Positions 13,737 to 31,393 are shown, numbered from the stretch's first letter. The stretch is DNA of 64,000 bases from the human T2T-CHM13v2.0 reference genome, Homo sapiens (GCF_009914755.1 NC_060938.1), one strand, 5' to 3'. The notes: generated by a model from the sequence alone, not told the origin. Numbers and translations: made by a program.

Positions 13737-14097
13737 TGCTATGGTTTGTATAGAAGTGTCCCTTCCAAAATTCTTGTTGCAACTTAATCCTCAGTACCAC
13801 AGTATCAAGAGGTGTGGCCTTTGAGAGGCACCCTTATGAAAGGTCTTGAAGTTGAAAGGAGCACTATCCTGCCTTTTCGTTCCTTCTGCCATGTGAAGAT
13901 ACAGCCTTCCTTCCCTTTAGAGGATGCAGCTACAGGGTTCCATCTTGGAAGTAGACAGGAGCCCTCACCAGACACTGAATCTGCCAGCACCTTGATCTTG
14001 GACTTCCCAACCTCCAGAGCCATAAGAAAATAAATTTCCATTCTTTAAAAATTACCAGTCTCAGGGATTTTGTTATAGCAGTACAAATGGACTAAGA
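13737..14097 (+). mobile_element. MLT1A-type MaLR solo LTR
   Basis: Starts tgctatggtttg; contains gccagcaccttgatcttggacttcccaacctccaga; ends ggactaaga. Confidence 0.85.
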
Positions 14098-14767
14098 AAC
14101 CAAATTCAAGATCAACAATTTCTCACATGGCCTGGAGTCTCACTATAAACAGAAAACTCAGGTCACTGTGGGTCAAAACTTGTCTTGAGATTCGCCATGT
14201 TGAATCCATTTTGAGTGGAAACAATGGTTTCCCCTCATTTTGACTCCCAAAGAGGACAAACCGTATATGTTCAAGCAGCTGTAGTTGTTTGGAAATTTAC
14301 ATATATGAAAAGGGGATCCCCTGGGAGACTCTGGAAATGGGCAAACTCTGTCAAGTCAAGCATGTACATTTAGCTACGAGGCAGGCACAGAACAATTTCA
14401 TGCTGTTTATCTTTGGGGTTAGTCCAAAATCAGATGCCTTGGGGGGAAACACATTCATCACAGTTTTGAAGGGCCTAAGAAAAGAAGACAACTATATTCA
14501 CCAAAAATTGATTACATTCCACTCATTAAATGAATTGTCCTCCAGCAGATCCATGGGGTCCCATAGAAGGGGGAGGAGAATTTGGCATGCATGGTCCAGC
14601 CCCTACATATGGCAGATGGGGAAACTGAGGCACACAGGGAGAAAGGATTCACCCCAGGTACTCAGTGGGCTGGTGGCATAACAAGCCCCTAACCCCCAGG
14701 GTGGTGCATTTCTGCACCCCAGAGCAAGGCTATTCTGATCAAAGGAGTGTGTATTCCTTTATGTATT

Positions 14768-15131
14768 CTTTTTTTTTCTTTTTTTAGACAGAGTCTCACT
14801 CTGTCACCCAGGCTGGAGTATAGTGGCCGTGATCTCGGCTCACTGCAACCTCCACCTCCCGGGTTCAAGCAATTCTCCTGCCTCAGCCTACCAAGTATCT
14901 GGGACTACAAGGTGCATGCCACCATGCCCAGCTTATTTATATATATATATATATATACACATATATACATATATATGTGTATATATATATATACACATAT
15001 ATATATGTATATATATATATACACATATATATGTATATATATATATGTATGTGTGTATATATATATATGTATGTGTATATATATATATGTATGTGTATAT
15101 ATATATGTATGTATATATATGTGTGTGTGTG

Positions 15132-15176
<45 letters not shown>

Positions 15177-15300
15177 ATTTTTAGTAGAGATGGGGTTTTA
15201 CTGTGTTAGCCAGGATAGTCTTGATCTCCTGACCTCGTGATCCACCCACCTCAGCCTCCCAAAGTGCTGGGATTACAGGTATGAACCACTGTGCCCAGCC
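14768..15300 (-). mobile_element. AluS (Sc-like) with expanded central linker
   Basis: Both arms present; TSD tttatgtattctt on both sides. Confidence 0.95.
14938..15172. repeat. Compound (TA)n/(TATG)/(TG) microsatellite inside the Alu linker
   Basis: About 235 bp of alternating purine-pyrimidine sequence. Confidence 0.97.
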
Positions 15301-16242
15301 CTTTTATGTATTCTTACAGGATTTTTTTCTGGCCCCAAACACTAAATATCATGACCCTTTAATGTCTTCAACTGAAGAGAGGGGAGGAATTGAGGCAGGT
15401 GTTTATTATTCCTCTTTTTATAGCAATTTCAAGGATAATTCTTAGAATTACGGTGCTAAAAAGGCCATCCAGGATGTCCACTCTGACTCCTACCCACCCA
15501 TCCTGCATAGGAAAGACTGAGATTAAGGGAATATTCACATGATGGACACAAGCAGGAGGGACAGAGAGAGAGAAGGGCAGAACTGATGGAGCAGAAAACC
15601 AAATCAGCCAAGTAGAGCACTGGCTGAAAAATCCTCCTGTAACCCAAAAGAAAGGATCAATAGACAGCATGAGGAATAAAGTGATATGTGTCAAGAAAAC
15701 TATGCTAGTGGCACAATATTTGTGCAACTGAAATTCTAGAGAGTCCAGATCAGACAGAAAGCAAGTACTAATTTAAGGACTAAGGGGAAAATAGTTGCCC
15801 TGGGATCAAGAAAATCTCTCCTTGTGTTGATTTTTCATGTTCTTTTTTAGACAAAATCAAAGAGACTAATGCCAAAGGATGAAGAAAAAAAAAAATGTAC
15901 TGGCATCCTAGGTAGGGGAAAAATGATTTGGCTCCAAAATTTTCCTCCATATTCCCAAATGATGGAACACAACAGGGCCTTCTCCATAGACTAGGAGGGA
16001 GAGTTAGTGACCCAAGAATTTTTCCCTGCCAAGAAATGGATCAAAGATGAAGAAGAAGAAAAAAAGAATGAAAGAAAGGACTCTGGAACTCTGAAAATAT
16101 ATTTCTCACATGGCTTTGAGGAGAAAACATTTACTCTGAGAGATATTCTCTAACTTGAACCAGGAAATAAGAATCCTTCCTGCTCTAAATTATCTATTTT
16201 TTAATCATCCCTTATTTCATTTCAAAATAAATCATCTAATAA

Positions 16243-16765
<523 letters not shown>

Positions 16766-17424
16766 TGTGCACCGTTTTTCATGGCAGATAACCACCCACC
16801 TTCAGGGAGTGTTTGGTTCTGGAGGACTGTGTACCCGAAACTGTGCTGACTTCGTCATCTATTTATATGCATTCATTCTTCACTGGAACTTTATAAAGTA
16901 AATGTTAGCACCAGCATCATTTTTGAGATAAGAAAACTAAGGCTTGCAGAGATTAAAGAATTTGCCCATGGTCACCACTATTGAATGGAAAAGAAAAAAT
17001 ATACACTCAGTTCAGTGTATCCTAAAGTCTGTTTTCGCTCCTTCATTATACTAACTGTTACATTCCCACCAACACACGCAGGGAGGGGCTGCCAGGATGG
17101 AACCACTCCTTTATGTTGCTTTTTTTTTTATTTTATTCTTTGAAGAATATTTTACAGATAGTAAAATGTACAGATCAATGAGTTCTGACAAATGTATACA
17201 TCCTTGCAATCATCAGCCAAATAAAGTTACAGACTATGTCTCTCATAAAAAAGAAATTCTCTAGACAACCAAAATCTCTACCAAAATAAACAAAAACTGA
17301 ATAATCATATTGATGCTAAAGATAGGTAATATATATTTAACCTTACTAGTAAACAAAGAAATGTAAATTAAAATAACTGAGGCATCACGTTTGCCTACTA
17401 GCTGGTGTCAATTATTTTTTTAAT

Positions 17425-17752
17425 GTAGGCTCACAGCTATTTATCTGATATTCTTGAGGCCAAATGTGAGTCTAAACTTAGAAATTTTCAGACTTTAGAA
17501 AGGAATTGTGGTGCATATGCTGGACATAAACAGCCCTTTCACCCTGAAATGTCTGGAGCAGCACCCCAAAATCCAACAGCAAGATATTTCTAAAGTAAAA
17601 TATGAATATCCACACTAAATGAGACAGATGAAGGCTGTTAATGTCTTCATGTCAATTGAGGTCAGATTTTGATGCTAAATGATTGATGAAAAAATTTTGG
17701 GTTTTCAGAGCCTTTTGGATATCAGAATTACATATGAAGGGTTGAAAACTTA
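17425..17752 (+). mobile_element. MER46C-like Tigger DNA transposon
   Basis: cttgaggccaaatgtg...tttagaaagg...gcagcacccc...atgaatatccacactaa...ggttttcagagccttttggat. Confidence 0.65.
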
Positions 17753-18245
17753 TAAATAATATCTAGAATTGAAGAGGTGGCTAGAAAAAGATGTACTCTT
17801 ACTTTATAAATTGAAGTTTATATTCATAAAACCTTTTCTGGAATTTGATTTGGAATGTTTCAATACCTAAAATAAAAGTAAATGTTCTTTGTCCCAGAAA
17901 TTCTGCTGCTAGAAATTGATCCTAAGGAAATTATTATAGCTGTGTACAAAATCTCCACTTTAAGGGACTCAGCATAGAATTGTTCAAGGCAGTGAAAATT
18001 TGCAAACCACTCAAATGTCCAAAAACAGGAGCTGGTTGAATAAGTCATGACACATCTAGAAGCAAATATGTGGTAGGCATTGAAAATGCATGGTGAAAGA
18101 ATATTTAATTATGTAGAAAGCTGATTACAGAAAATGTTAAATGAAAAAAATTACAAAGCCAGTTATCCTGTATAATACCATTTTATAAAGGAAAAATAGA
18201 AATGTATGCATAAGGATATATAGAGAAGAAAGACTGGAAGGATAT

Positions 18246-19375
<1,130 letters not shown>

Positions 19376-21101
19376 GATATATAAGCAAAAATTTAAAATA
19401 GTGGTCATTTCTGGACAGTATGATTTTTGTACAGATATTTTCTTCTTTTTGCAAATCTGTATTTTCTTAATTTTCTATCATTCACATGGCTATTTCTGTA
19501 ATAGAAAAAATAATTTTGAACATTAAACAAAATACCTGTTTTTATTACGAGAAAGCATAGGAATGGAATTTGCAACACGCTCGACACATGCAAAATATCC
19601 AATGTGAGATTATGCAAGGGAGAGAATGCATGGAATCTGGAATGGTGCATCGATTTGAAATTAGAGTTGGAAAGGAAGTCATTAATCCATTTGCACAGCT
19701 GAGAGACTGAGGCCTAGAAAGGAGAGTGGTTCAGATGAGCCAGCCAGGCCTTGACCTTGAGACAACCAGACTCTGAAGATTTTTCCATGACCCAGGCTTT
19801 GATTGTTTTTGGTTTTTGTGGCCCTTCCCTCTAAGTTCTATCACCTTACGAAATCAGTTGGGCTTAAGTGTCAGTACCAGGATTGTTCAAATAAGCAATA
19901 TGCACCATAGGGGGAAAATATTGATCTGAAAGCATGAAGGTTGTTTGTCTAGTTTCACACAGCCAACCAAATTAACAAGACAGAATGACTCAGAATGTCA
20001 ACTGAACCAGGGAGGTGTTGCCTTGGAGGACAAGGAAAAGGTGATCTGTGAAACCAGCCACAGGTACCATAAGCCAAGAGGACAGAAATCTCTCACAATT
20101 TCTGCAAATCTAGTTCCTTCTACACAGCATGAAAGATAGACATGACTTTGATGCTACATGGAAACCTAAAACTTTGTCACTGAGGCACAAAAGATATTCA
20201 TTTTCTGGTGGCAAAAAATTTATCACCACAAAAAAATTTATCTCAGTGAGGAGATAGTTAAGAAAAAAAAATACTCTTCTCCTCCCCTGGCCATGTCAAT
20301 CTTATTAGTGACAAATTACCCTCTCCCACACACTGTCCTTTTGTTTTCTAATTATGACTCCTGCTGTCAGAATGGAGAATCAGCCACACTGGCTCCTGCC
20401 TCAGTGGATGCTCAGACACATGCAGATTCCTCTATGCCCTTGTAAAATATTCTGCACAAAAGAAATAATTCTAAATCCTACCATTTTTTTTGCACAATCC
20501 TCTTAGAGCCTTGAGGGGCAGTAAAAAAGAAAAAGGGAATTGTTGGTAGATTTGTTGAGACTTTGAGACTGCCCTTCAGTGAGTAGAGGCAAAATAAAGC
20601 CTTTTTTCAGACGTATAAAAGCTAAAAGAATTCATCACCAGCAGACCTGTGCTACAAGAAATGTTAAAGAAAATCCTTCATGCAGAAGGAAAATGATAGC
20701 AGATGAAAACCTGGATCTACACAAAGGAATGGAGAGCACCAGACGTGATAACCATGTGGGTAAATATACAGGCACTTTTCTTATTATCTGAAACTCTTTA
20801 AAAGACAATTGACTGCTTAAAGAAAAATAACAACAATGTATTATGGCGTTTATAATGTATGTAGAAGTAAAATGTATGGCCACAATAGTGCAAAGGCCAG
20901 GAAAGGAAAAATAGAAATATAGTGTTATAAGCAACTTATACCATATGTGAAGTGATATAATAACACTTGAAGGTTGACCATGATAAACTAAAGTGCATAT
21001 TAACCCTAAAGCAACTATTAAAATAACTGAACAAAAAGTTTCACTACTAAGCTAATAAAGCAAATGAGACAACATGGATCATTAAAAAAATACTCAATCC
21101 A

Positions 21102-21399
<298 letters not shown>

Positions 21400-22201
21400 T
21401 CAATCCAAAAGAAAGGTAGAAAAGAAGAAAAAAAAAACAAACAACAGATGAGAATAATAAAAGACTAATAGCAAGATGGTAGATTTAAACCTAACCATAT
21501 CTATAATGGTATCAAAAATTAGTCATCCAAACATCACAATTAAAAGACAGAGATTGACTGTCAGATTGGATAAAAACAAAACAAATAGACCCAACTCTAT
21601 ACTACCTATAAGAAACTCACTTTAAATATAAACACACTAAAAGGTTAAAAGTAAAAGGATGAGAAAAAATATACCACACTAACACTAATTAAAACAAAGT
21701 AGGAGTGGTTATATTAAAAATCAGACAAAGTAGATTTCAGAGCAAAGAATAACAAAGAGATAGCAAAGGTCATTTTTAATGGAAAGGTATTAATTCATCA
21801 AGAGAACATAATGATCCTAAATGTTTACGCATCCACTAACAAAACCTCAAAATATAGAGGGAAAAATTGTCAGAACTGCATAAAGAAACAGACAGTTTCA
21901 CAATTCTAGTTGTAGATTTTAATGTCCCCTTTTCAGTAATTGACAGAACAAGTAGATGTGAAATCATTAATAATACTTGAAGAACACTATCAGCCAACCT
22001 AATCGACCCATATAGAGCACTTCACCCAACAACAGCAGAATATTCTTTTTCAAGTGCACTTGAAACAATCACCAAAATAGAACATATTCTGGGCCATAAA
22101 ACAAGTCTTACTAATCCGTGTCATACACAGCATTTTCACTGACCACAATAGAATTAAGTTGAACATCAATAACACAAAGATATCTGGAAAATCGTCAAGT
22201 A

Positions 22202-22562
22202 CAGTCATTCCTTGGTATCTGTGGGGGATTGATTCCAGGACCTCCCACAGATACCAAAACCTGCAGATGTTTAAGTCTCTGATATAAAATGGCATAGTAT
22301 TTTCATATAACTTATGCACATTCTCCAGTACACTTTAAATCATCTCTAGATTACATGTCATACCTAATAAATACAGTGTAAATTCTATGTAAATTATTGT
22401 TATTCTGTATTGTTTAGGAAATAATGACAAGAAAAACTAAGTCAATACATGTTCAGTACAGATGCGATTTTTTTTTAAATATTTTCAAGCCAATCTATGA
22501 TTCAACCAATCTATAATTGGTTGAATCCATGGGTGTAAACCCACAGATACACAGGCTAACTG
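22202..22562 (+). mobile_element. MER2 (TcMar-Tigger) inserted in L1 ORF2
   Basis: cagtc...aactg termini with TA TSD on both sides; the L1 sequence rejoins across it. Confidence 0.9.
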
Positions 22563-25082
22563 TATTTGGAAACTAAACACTCTTCTAATGCTCCACGGGG
22601 CAAAGGAGCAATCAAAATAAAAATGAGAAAATATTTTAAACTGAGTAAAAATGAAAACACATCAAAATTTATAGAATGCTGCTAGAGCAGCACTTAGGGA
22701 GAAATTTATGGCATTACGGAATAAGAAATGTCTCAAGTCAATTATTTCAGCTTTCAGCTTTAGAAACTAGCTAAAGAAGAATAAATGAATCCAAATTTAA
22801 GCAGAAAATAGTGAAAATAAAAACAATCATAGCAGAAATTAAAGAAATAGAAATCAGTAGAAAAAACTAATAAAACCAAAAACTGTTTTTTTGACAAGAT
22901 TAGCTGATGAAATTTTAGCCAGTCTGACCAGGAACAAAAAAGAGAAGAAAAAATTACTAATGTCAGGAATAAGAGAGGTGATATCACTACAAATTCTATA
23001 GATATTAAAGGGATAACTAGTGGACATTATTACATTTTATGCCAACAAAATCAACAACTTGGATGAAATTCGACAAATTACCAAAGCTTACTTAAAAAGA
23101 AGTAAATAACCCAAATAGCACTTTGACTATTGAATAAATTCAAATTTTTGTTTAAAACTTTCCCAGTAGAAAACACCAGGCCCAGATGGCTTCACTGGTA
23201 AATCCTACCCAAATATTTCAGAAAGAAATAATACCAAATTTTTCCAGAAAATAGAAGAGGTGGGAGTGTTTCTCCACATATTCAATAAACCAGCACAATC
23301 TTGATAACAAAACTAGATTACTACAAGACAGGAAAACTATAGAACAACATGATCATAAATGCTTACATAATCATAAATGCAAAATTTCTTTAAAATTTTT
23401 TAGCAAATCAAATCTAATAACAAATATAAAGGATTTTCTCCTTGGAATAACAGATTGGTTTAATTTTTGAAAATCACTACAGTTCATTATATTAACAGAC
23501 AAAAAAATTTTAAAAAACATATGATCATCTTAATAGACACATAAAAACCATTTGGCCAAATGAAGCATCCATTTCTGAAGATGTGTAGTGAATGAATAAA
23601 TAAAAGAGCCGATCATGTAAAAGAAAAAAAGAGAAACAAAGACACTCAGCAAACTAGGAATACAAGGAAACTTGCTCAATATAATAAGGATCATTGTCCA
23701 AAAACTTTTGCTAATAGCATATTTAATGGTAAAATACTAAATTTTTCCATCCTTAGTTCAGAAGCAAGTCAGAGAAGCTCACTCTCACCACTTCAATTCA
23801 CCATTGAACTGGAAGTTCTAGGCAGTGCAATAAGGCAAGAAAAAGAAATAAAAGGAACTATTGAAAGAGAAAGCATAAAACTGTTTTTATTCATGGACAT
23901 ATTGCCCATATAGAAAATTCTATGTAATCTGCAAAAAAAAAATTGATTAAAACTAAATAAGTGAGTATGGCAAGGTTGCAGAATATAAGATCAATATAAA
24001 AATCAGTTATATTTCTATAGACTGGAAACAAACAACCAGAAATTGAAATAAAAATTGTTTATGTAGCATTAAAAAATAAGAAACATTTAGGGGAATAAAT
24101 CTAACTAAAGATGTGGAAGACCTGAGTACAGAAAACTACAAAATGTTGCTGAGAAAAACTAAGAAAGATCTAAGTTAATGAAGGTTTTCATAATCATAAA
24201 ACAGAAGATTCACAATTTTAAGATACCACATCTCTTCTAATTGATCTATAGCTGCAACATAATCTCAATCAAAATCCAAGCAAGCCTTTTTGTAGAAAGC
24301 CAACGTTAAATTTTGTATGGAAATGCAAATAACCCAGAATAGCCAAAACAACTTTTAAAAAGAAGGACATAGTAGGGTGACTAACACTGACTGACTTCAA
24401 GACTTATTACAAAACTACTGTAATCAAAAAAGTATGGTATTGGTGCTAAAATAGACAACTAGATCAAAGTTCAGAAATCAACTCACATAGATATGGTCAA
24501 TTGATTTTCAACACAAATATTAAGACAATTTAGTGAAGGAAAGACAGTCTTTTCAATAAATAGTGCTAGAACAACTAAACAATTTTATGCCAAAAAAGAA
24601 CTTCAATCCATACCTCACACTATATACAAAAATTAACTCAAAATGAATGATAAAACTAAATGTAAAAAATTAAACTATAAAACTTCTAGAAGAAAACATA
24701 GAAGAAAATCTTTGTAACCTAGGGTTAAGCAAATATTTCCTAGCTACAACACTAGAAGCACAATTCTTAAAGGAAAAAAACTATAATTGACCTCATCAAA
24801 ACTATGAACTTCTGTTCTTCAAAAGACACTTTGGAAACTTAAAAGGCAAACCACAAAATGAGAGAATGTATTAGCAAATTGCATATCTAATAAAGAACCA
24901 TAACCAGAATACATAAAGAAATCTCAAAAGAGTAATTTTTAAAACAAAGTTAAAAAGAAATGTTGTTAAGGATGTGGAGAAATTGAAACACTTATGTACT
25001 GTTGGTGGGAGTGTAAAATGGTGTAGTCGCTGCAAAAATAGTATGTCACTCCTTCAAAAAATAAAAAATTAGAATTACCCTG

Positions 25083-25787
<705 letters not shown>

Positions 25788-25818
25788 CCATGTGATTCAG
25801 CAGTTCCACTTCTGGCTA

Positions 25819-26164
25819 TACTACTGTCTGAGTGTGTGTGTCCCCTCAAAATGTATACGCTGAAACCTAATCTCCAATGTGATGGTACTAAGAGGTGGGG
25901 CTTTTGGGAGGTGATTAGGTCAAGAGGGCTCCACTCTAATGAATGGGATTAGTGCCCTCATAAAAGAGACTAAAGGAGCTTTTTTATCCCTTCCACCCTG
26001 TGAAGATACAGCTAGAAAATGCCATCTATCAGGAAGAGGCCCTCACCAGAAACTGAATCTGCTGGTACCTTGATATTGGACTTCCCAGCCTCCAGAATTG
26101 TGAAAAATAAATTCCTATGGCTTATAAATTACCCACTCCAAAGCAGCCCAAATGAACTAAGACA
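25819..26164 (+). mobile_element. MLT1A-type solo LTR
   Basis: gaggtggggcttttgggaggtgattagg...ccttgatattggacttcccagcctccaga...aactaagaca. Confidence 0.85.
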
Positions 26165-26427
26165 GGGTATAGATCCAAAAGAATTAAAAACACTTTCTTG
26201 AAGAGATATTTGTACAGCTATGTTCAGTATTTTTGTACAGCAGCATTATTCATGATAGCTAAAGCATGGAAGCAGCACAAGTGTCCACTAATAGACGAAT
26301 GGATAAACAAAATGAGGTCTATCCATACAATGTGATATTATTCGCATTACAGAGGAGAGAAATTCTGACATATGTTACAACATGGATGAACCGTGAGGAC
26401 ATTATGCTGAGTGAAATAATCCAGTCA

Positions 26428-26760
<333 letters not shown>

Positions 26761-27028
26761 TCACTTACGTGAGGTATCGGCAGTAGTCAAATTTATAGAA
26801 CCAGAAAGTAGAATGGAGGTTGCCAGGGTTGGGGGAAGGGGAATGGGGAGTTAGTGTTTACTGGGGACAGAGTTTCCAATGAAGAGTCCTGGGGGCAGAT
26901 GGTGGAGATGCTTGCACAGGATTATGGATGTATTTAATGCCATTAACAGCATGCTGAGAAATGGTTAAGATGATAAATTATATGTTAGGTATATGTTAAC
27001 ACAATGAAAAAAACAAAACACATGCATG

Positions 27029-27330
27029 GGCCAGGCACAGCGTCTCATGCCTATAATCACAGCACTCTGGGAGGCCAAGGCAGGCAGATCACTTGAGGTT
27101 AGGAGTTCAAGACCAGCCTGGTCAATATGATGAAACCCCGTCTCTACTAAAAATACAAAAATTAGACGGGTGTGGTGGCAGGCGCCTGTAATCCCAGCTA
27201 CTTAGGAGGCTGAGGCACGAGAATCTCTTGAACTCAGGAGGTGGAGGCTGCAGTGAGTCCAGATCTCACCACTGCACTCCAGCCTGGGTGACAGAGTGGG
27301 GCTCTGTTTCAAAAAAAAAAGAAAAAAAAA
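27029..27330 (+). mobile_element. AluS (Sz/Sx-like)
   Basis: Full Alu with polyA tail. Confidence 0.93.
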
Positions 27331-29487
27331 GTATAAATGAACCTTCATGTACTTGTCCCAGGGAAAGGCCCTCCAATTCTCTCTTAAATCTTACTTTGGC
27401 TCTTTTGTAATAATCTTGCTTATTTACTTTTTTTTTTCCATGCATAAAGACCTAAGGCAACTTCTTGTATATGTTTCTTCTTTCCAATCCACAATAGATT
27501 TCAGGGAGGGGGAGGGAGGAGGGATGCTGAAAGATATACTGGCCAACATCTTTCAGTGTGACGGCATCACTGGGCTAGAAGGGACCAGAGGTGATGACCT
27601 GGACCAATCCACTCATTTACAAACCAGGAACCCAGAACTCGGGGAAGAGAAGGGATCTTCCCAAGCTTACCTGGTAAGCTAGTGGCCAACCTGAACCCAG
27701 AATCCCAAATCCTCCAAAATTCCTCTTAGGCTCTTACCTTTATGGAGTAGCGTGAGAAAGAGATAGAACGACTACAAAAAGCAGACAGGAAACCTGAAAA
27801 GGAACTGAAGTCTGGGGCCATTTAGTGTCACTGAAAAATAGTAGCCCCATGTAAAAGTCACACAGTATTTTAGAGTGGTACAAGCTGATATTCCCAACCG
27901 GAGCTCGGAATTTCACAGACAATGCTACATCATATTCCACTGTCTCTGCCTAAGCGGAAATTATTTCCACTTAGAGTGGTTAAAACAAAAGGTGGTAGAC
28001 GCCTAAATTGCTGAGCTTCTGTCATCTAGATATAGTTTGTGAGCTATTTCAAAGCAGAGACGGAATGTTCGAGCATGGACTTCCTACGTATACCCTTCTT
28101 TATAAATTAAACACATGTATTGTTAAGCATGTGTTTTTATTTATACTGAGCTGAGTTAACCATAAATAAAAGTTCTAGTGTTTTTTCCTTGTCTTCAGTG
28201 TTAACTCCCTGCATGTACATCTACCCCGTTTGGAAGCCACCAGTGTAGAACATTCAATTGTGGGGAACAGAGTGTTGGCATGGGGTCAGGAAACCTGGAT
28301 TCTACTATATCCTGTGCCACTCTATCTCACCCAGTTCTTACCTCCATTATGCAGACTAGGAATCTGAAATGCAGAGAGGTGGAATGGCTTGCCCAAGGTC
28401 ACATTGAGAGTAGCCAGAGAGCAAAACGAGGACTTGGGTCCAGATGTAATACCAGAATTGTTTCTTCTGGGATCGGGCTACAGTGCTACAAGGCAGCATT
28501 CAGAAAGAACAGGAGATCTCAAAGGTGCCAAGGTAGAGGAAACACCCAACTCCTAGAATGTCTTGGCAAAAACACTGTAGTCTACAGCTTAGCTGGAGTG
28601 ACAGACATCACACCAAATAAATAAACACGTAAGTTTTTACAGGAAGTGCTACAGAAGGGGAAATCACATGTATGCCCTGAGAGAGGAAGATGAGAGGAAC
28701 ATTGGAATCCAGAAGTCAGGGACTTAGACCTGTCTTCTTAGCTTGCTTTTTCAGACTTTACCAAATAATATATCAGCTATCGGGGGATGGAGGATGGTTT
28801 TTAGCACCCCACATTCCCTAATCGGTTAAAATTCTCCACTTAGTACAAACCAAGATGCCAGCTTCCCTCAGCTGTCTGTAAAGAGGCTAACAGCCAATTT
28901 GTGTTAGCAGGAAATCTGTTGCGAACGTATCCAATTCGCTGCCACTGTATGTATGTTTAATGTTTCCCGTTAGGAATCATCTTCTTACTGTTTTGTCGCC
29001 ATCATTTCAAGCTCTCCTCCCCCCTCTTCATTTTATGAACATGGCACATCAATTAATATTCCCGCATTTTTTGTTATTGTTCTCAACCCATGTGAATAAC
29101 GACCCCTCATTGTATTGCGCGTTAATTTCTACAGCCTGTCAGCCTGTATTGGAATGTTCTTTCTAGCAGGGTCCTGGGCCGGTCCTGGAGCTGCTCCTTA
29201 GTAGATGAGTAAAAATTGATTCCCTGGCCCCCTTGAATAATTCCTTGGCCCCCAAAATGGGCCCTTTCCTCAAGCTGTGGCCCCTCCCACAGAAGAGGGA
29301 AGAGACAGAAACAGAAAGAGAAGCTTCCTTTGACATTTGAGGTGTCTGGACTCCTCCAGGTAGCAAACTGGTTTTCATGGTGCACACAGAGGAGGGATGA
29401 TATCGGAGCTCAAGTACAGTGCCCCAGCAACACGTACAGATCGTGTACTCACAGGGACACAGTTTCACATTGTGAAGCCGCATCAAT

Positions 29488-29595
29488 AGGAAGGGAGGGA
29501 GGAAGGGAAGAAAGGGAAGGAGGAAAGGAGAAAGGGAACGAAAGAAGAAAGAAAAGAAGGAATGAAGGAAAGAAGGAGGGAGGGAGGGAGGAAGA
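29488..29595 (+). repeat. GA-rich (GGAA/GGGA) low-complexity tract
   Basis: About 105 bp, almost entirely purine. Confidence 0.9.
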
Positions 29596-30909
29596 GCAAA
29601 AAGCCTGCAGCATTTTGACAAACCAAAAAGGAAAGGGATGACTTCTGACGTTTACCTATTTTGAGGACTGAACCCAAAGGACTGAGGTGACACCAAATAG
29701 GACAAATGTTGGTTCCTAGAGCATGGTGACCTCATTGCATAGCTATCAAAGAGCACAACGTCTTCAGAGTCAGGCAGATCCAGATTGGAGTCACACCCCC
29801 TGCCCTGCTGCTTACCAGGCTGAAGGCTCCTGGTGGAACATCTCTGGCTGGTCTGGGTGAGACCCCATAGGCCACTTCCCCACCCACAGACTTTACTTCC
29901 ACAGAGCTCACCCTACTCGTGACATATGGGGTTGATCAACTGTTAAGCCCAGTCTCTTCTCCTGGCCTGGAAGCTCCAGGCAGGGCACTGTATATAAGAC
30001 TGGTTATAGCTGAAATCCCAGAGCTTGGTGCAAGGCTACAGAGCTCAAGAAAGATTCTCCAGAGAGCAGAAGCCAAAATCAGACCAGGATAATGAGTGAT
30101 GGGACAATCATGATGAATAGGGCGATGACACAAAGTGTAGCCACCTTTGATTGAGCATCTATTCTACACCCGGTGCCCTCGTAGGAACTTCGGGTTCACT
30201 GACTGCTGAACGCCACCAATAGTCCTTTGAAGTTGGGACTGATAACTCCATTTTATAGATGGGGGAAGGATGCTCAGAGTAGCAAGGTGGCTTTGCTACA
30301 ACCGCATAGCTAACTAATAACATAGGCAAGACTGAAACCAGCTCTAAGGATCCCCTAAAACACTGTTCTCTCTTTTGCCCCCGCGTGTCTCAAAGGGGTC
30401 CTCCATGGACGAGGTGACCCAGAGATGCAGCCATGGAGGGTAGAGCAAGAAGTGCAGCCTCAGCACTTCACTGACCCAGTCAGCGGCCTCTGCAGGGCTG
30501 GCCCAGCCGCAGCTTCAGATCCACCCCGCCAGCCAATCAGCCCACGACAGGAAGCTCTTTCTGCAACTCATCTGCCCTTATCTCCTGGCAGAGCGGCTCT
30601 GTGAGGTCACGATCACCACACCTTATCAGAACATCTGCACCTACTGGGGACACAGCCCAACAGGCTCAAAACAGCAATTTCCTTTAGGTCTTCTCCTCAG
30701 AACTCCGCATCACAGGCACCACAAATTAAAATAAGAACCCCAAACTGAAACTTTAGGGAGGTCCTCCCTTGTAGGGCCTAGCCTGGAGCAGAGGCCATGG
30801 GAAACTATAGGTAGCAAGTACCTTGTCTTCCACCATCTGGTGAGCTCTTGGCTGTCCTGCAGAAGCCCAGCTCAAATGTCCTTCCCCCTAGATTTCCCAG
30901 TGTCTCCTC

Positions 30910-31391
30910 TGTCAGGCCTCTGAGCCCAAGCCAAGCCATCGCATCGCCTGTGACCTGCACGTATACGCCCAGATGGCCTGAAGTAACTAAAGAATCACAA
31001 AACAAGTGAATATGCCCTGCCCCACCTTAACTGATGACATTCCACCACAAAAGAAGTGTAAATGGCCGGTCCTTGCCTTAACTGATGACATTACCTTGTG
31101 AAAGTCCTTTTCTTGGCTCATCCTGGCTCAAAAAGCACCCCCACTGAGCACCTTGCAACCCCCACTCCTGCCCACTGAGCACCTTGCGACCCCCACTCCT
31201 ACCCGCCAGAGAACAAACCCCCTTTGACTGTAATTTTCCTTTACCTACCCAAGTCCTATAAAACAGCCCCACCCTTATCTCCCTTCGCTGACTCTCTTTT
31301 CGGACTCAGCCCGCCTGCACCCAGGTGATTAAAAGCTTTATTGCTCACACAAAGCCTGTTTGGTGGTCTCTTCACAGGGACGTGCATGAAA
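30910..31391 (+). promoter_or_regulatory. HERV-H 5' LTR (LTR7Y / type Ia-like)
   Basis: tgtcaggcctctgagccc...catgaaa; both the ccttaactgatgacatt repeat and the cccactgagcaccttgc(g/a)acccccactcct repeat are doubled; TATA box tataaaa near 31257; ATTAAA near 31328. Confidence 0.93.
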
Positions 31392-31393
31392 TT

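Noticed and set aside
14747-15240. YIYI-rich ORFs in three frames
   Set aside because: Alu plus (TA)n repeat, which lacks stop codons by composition
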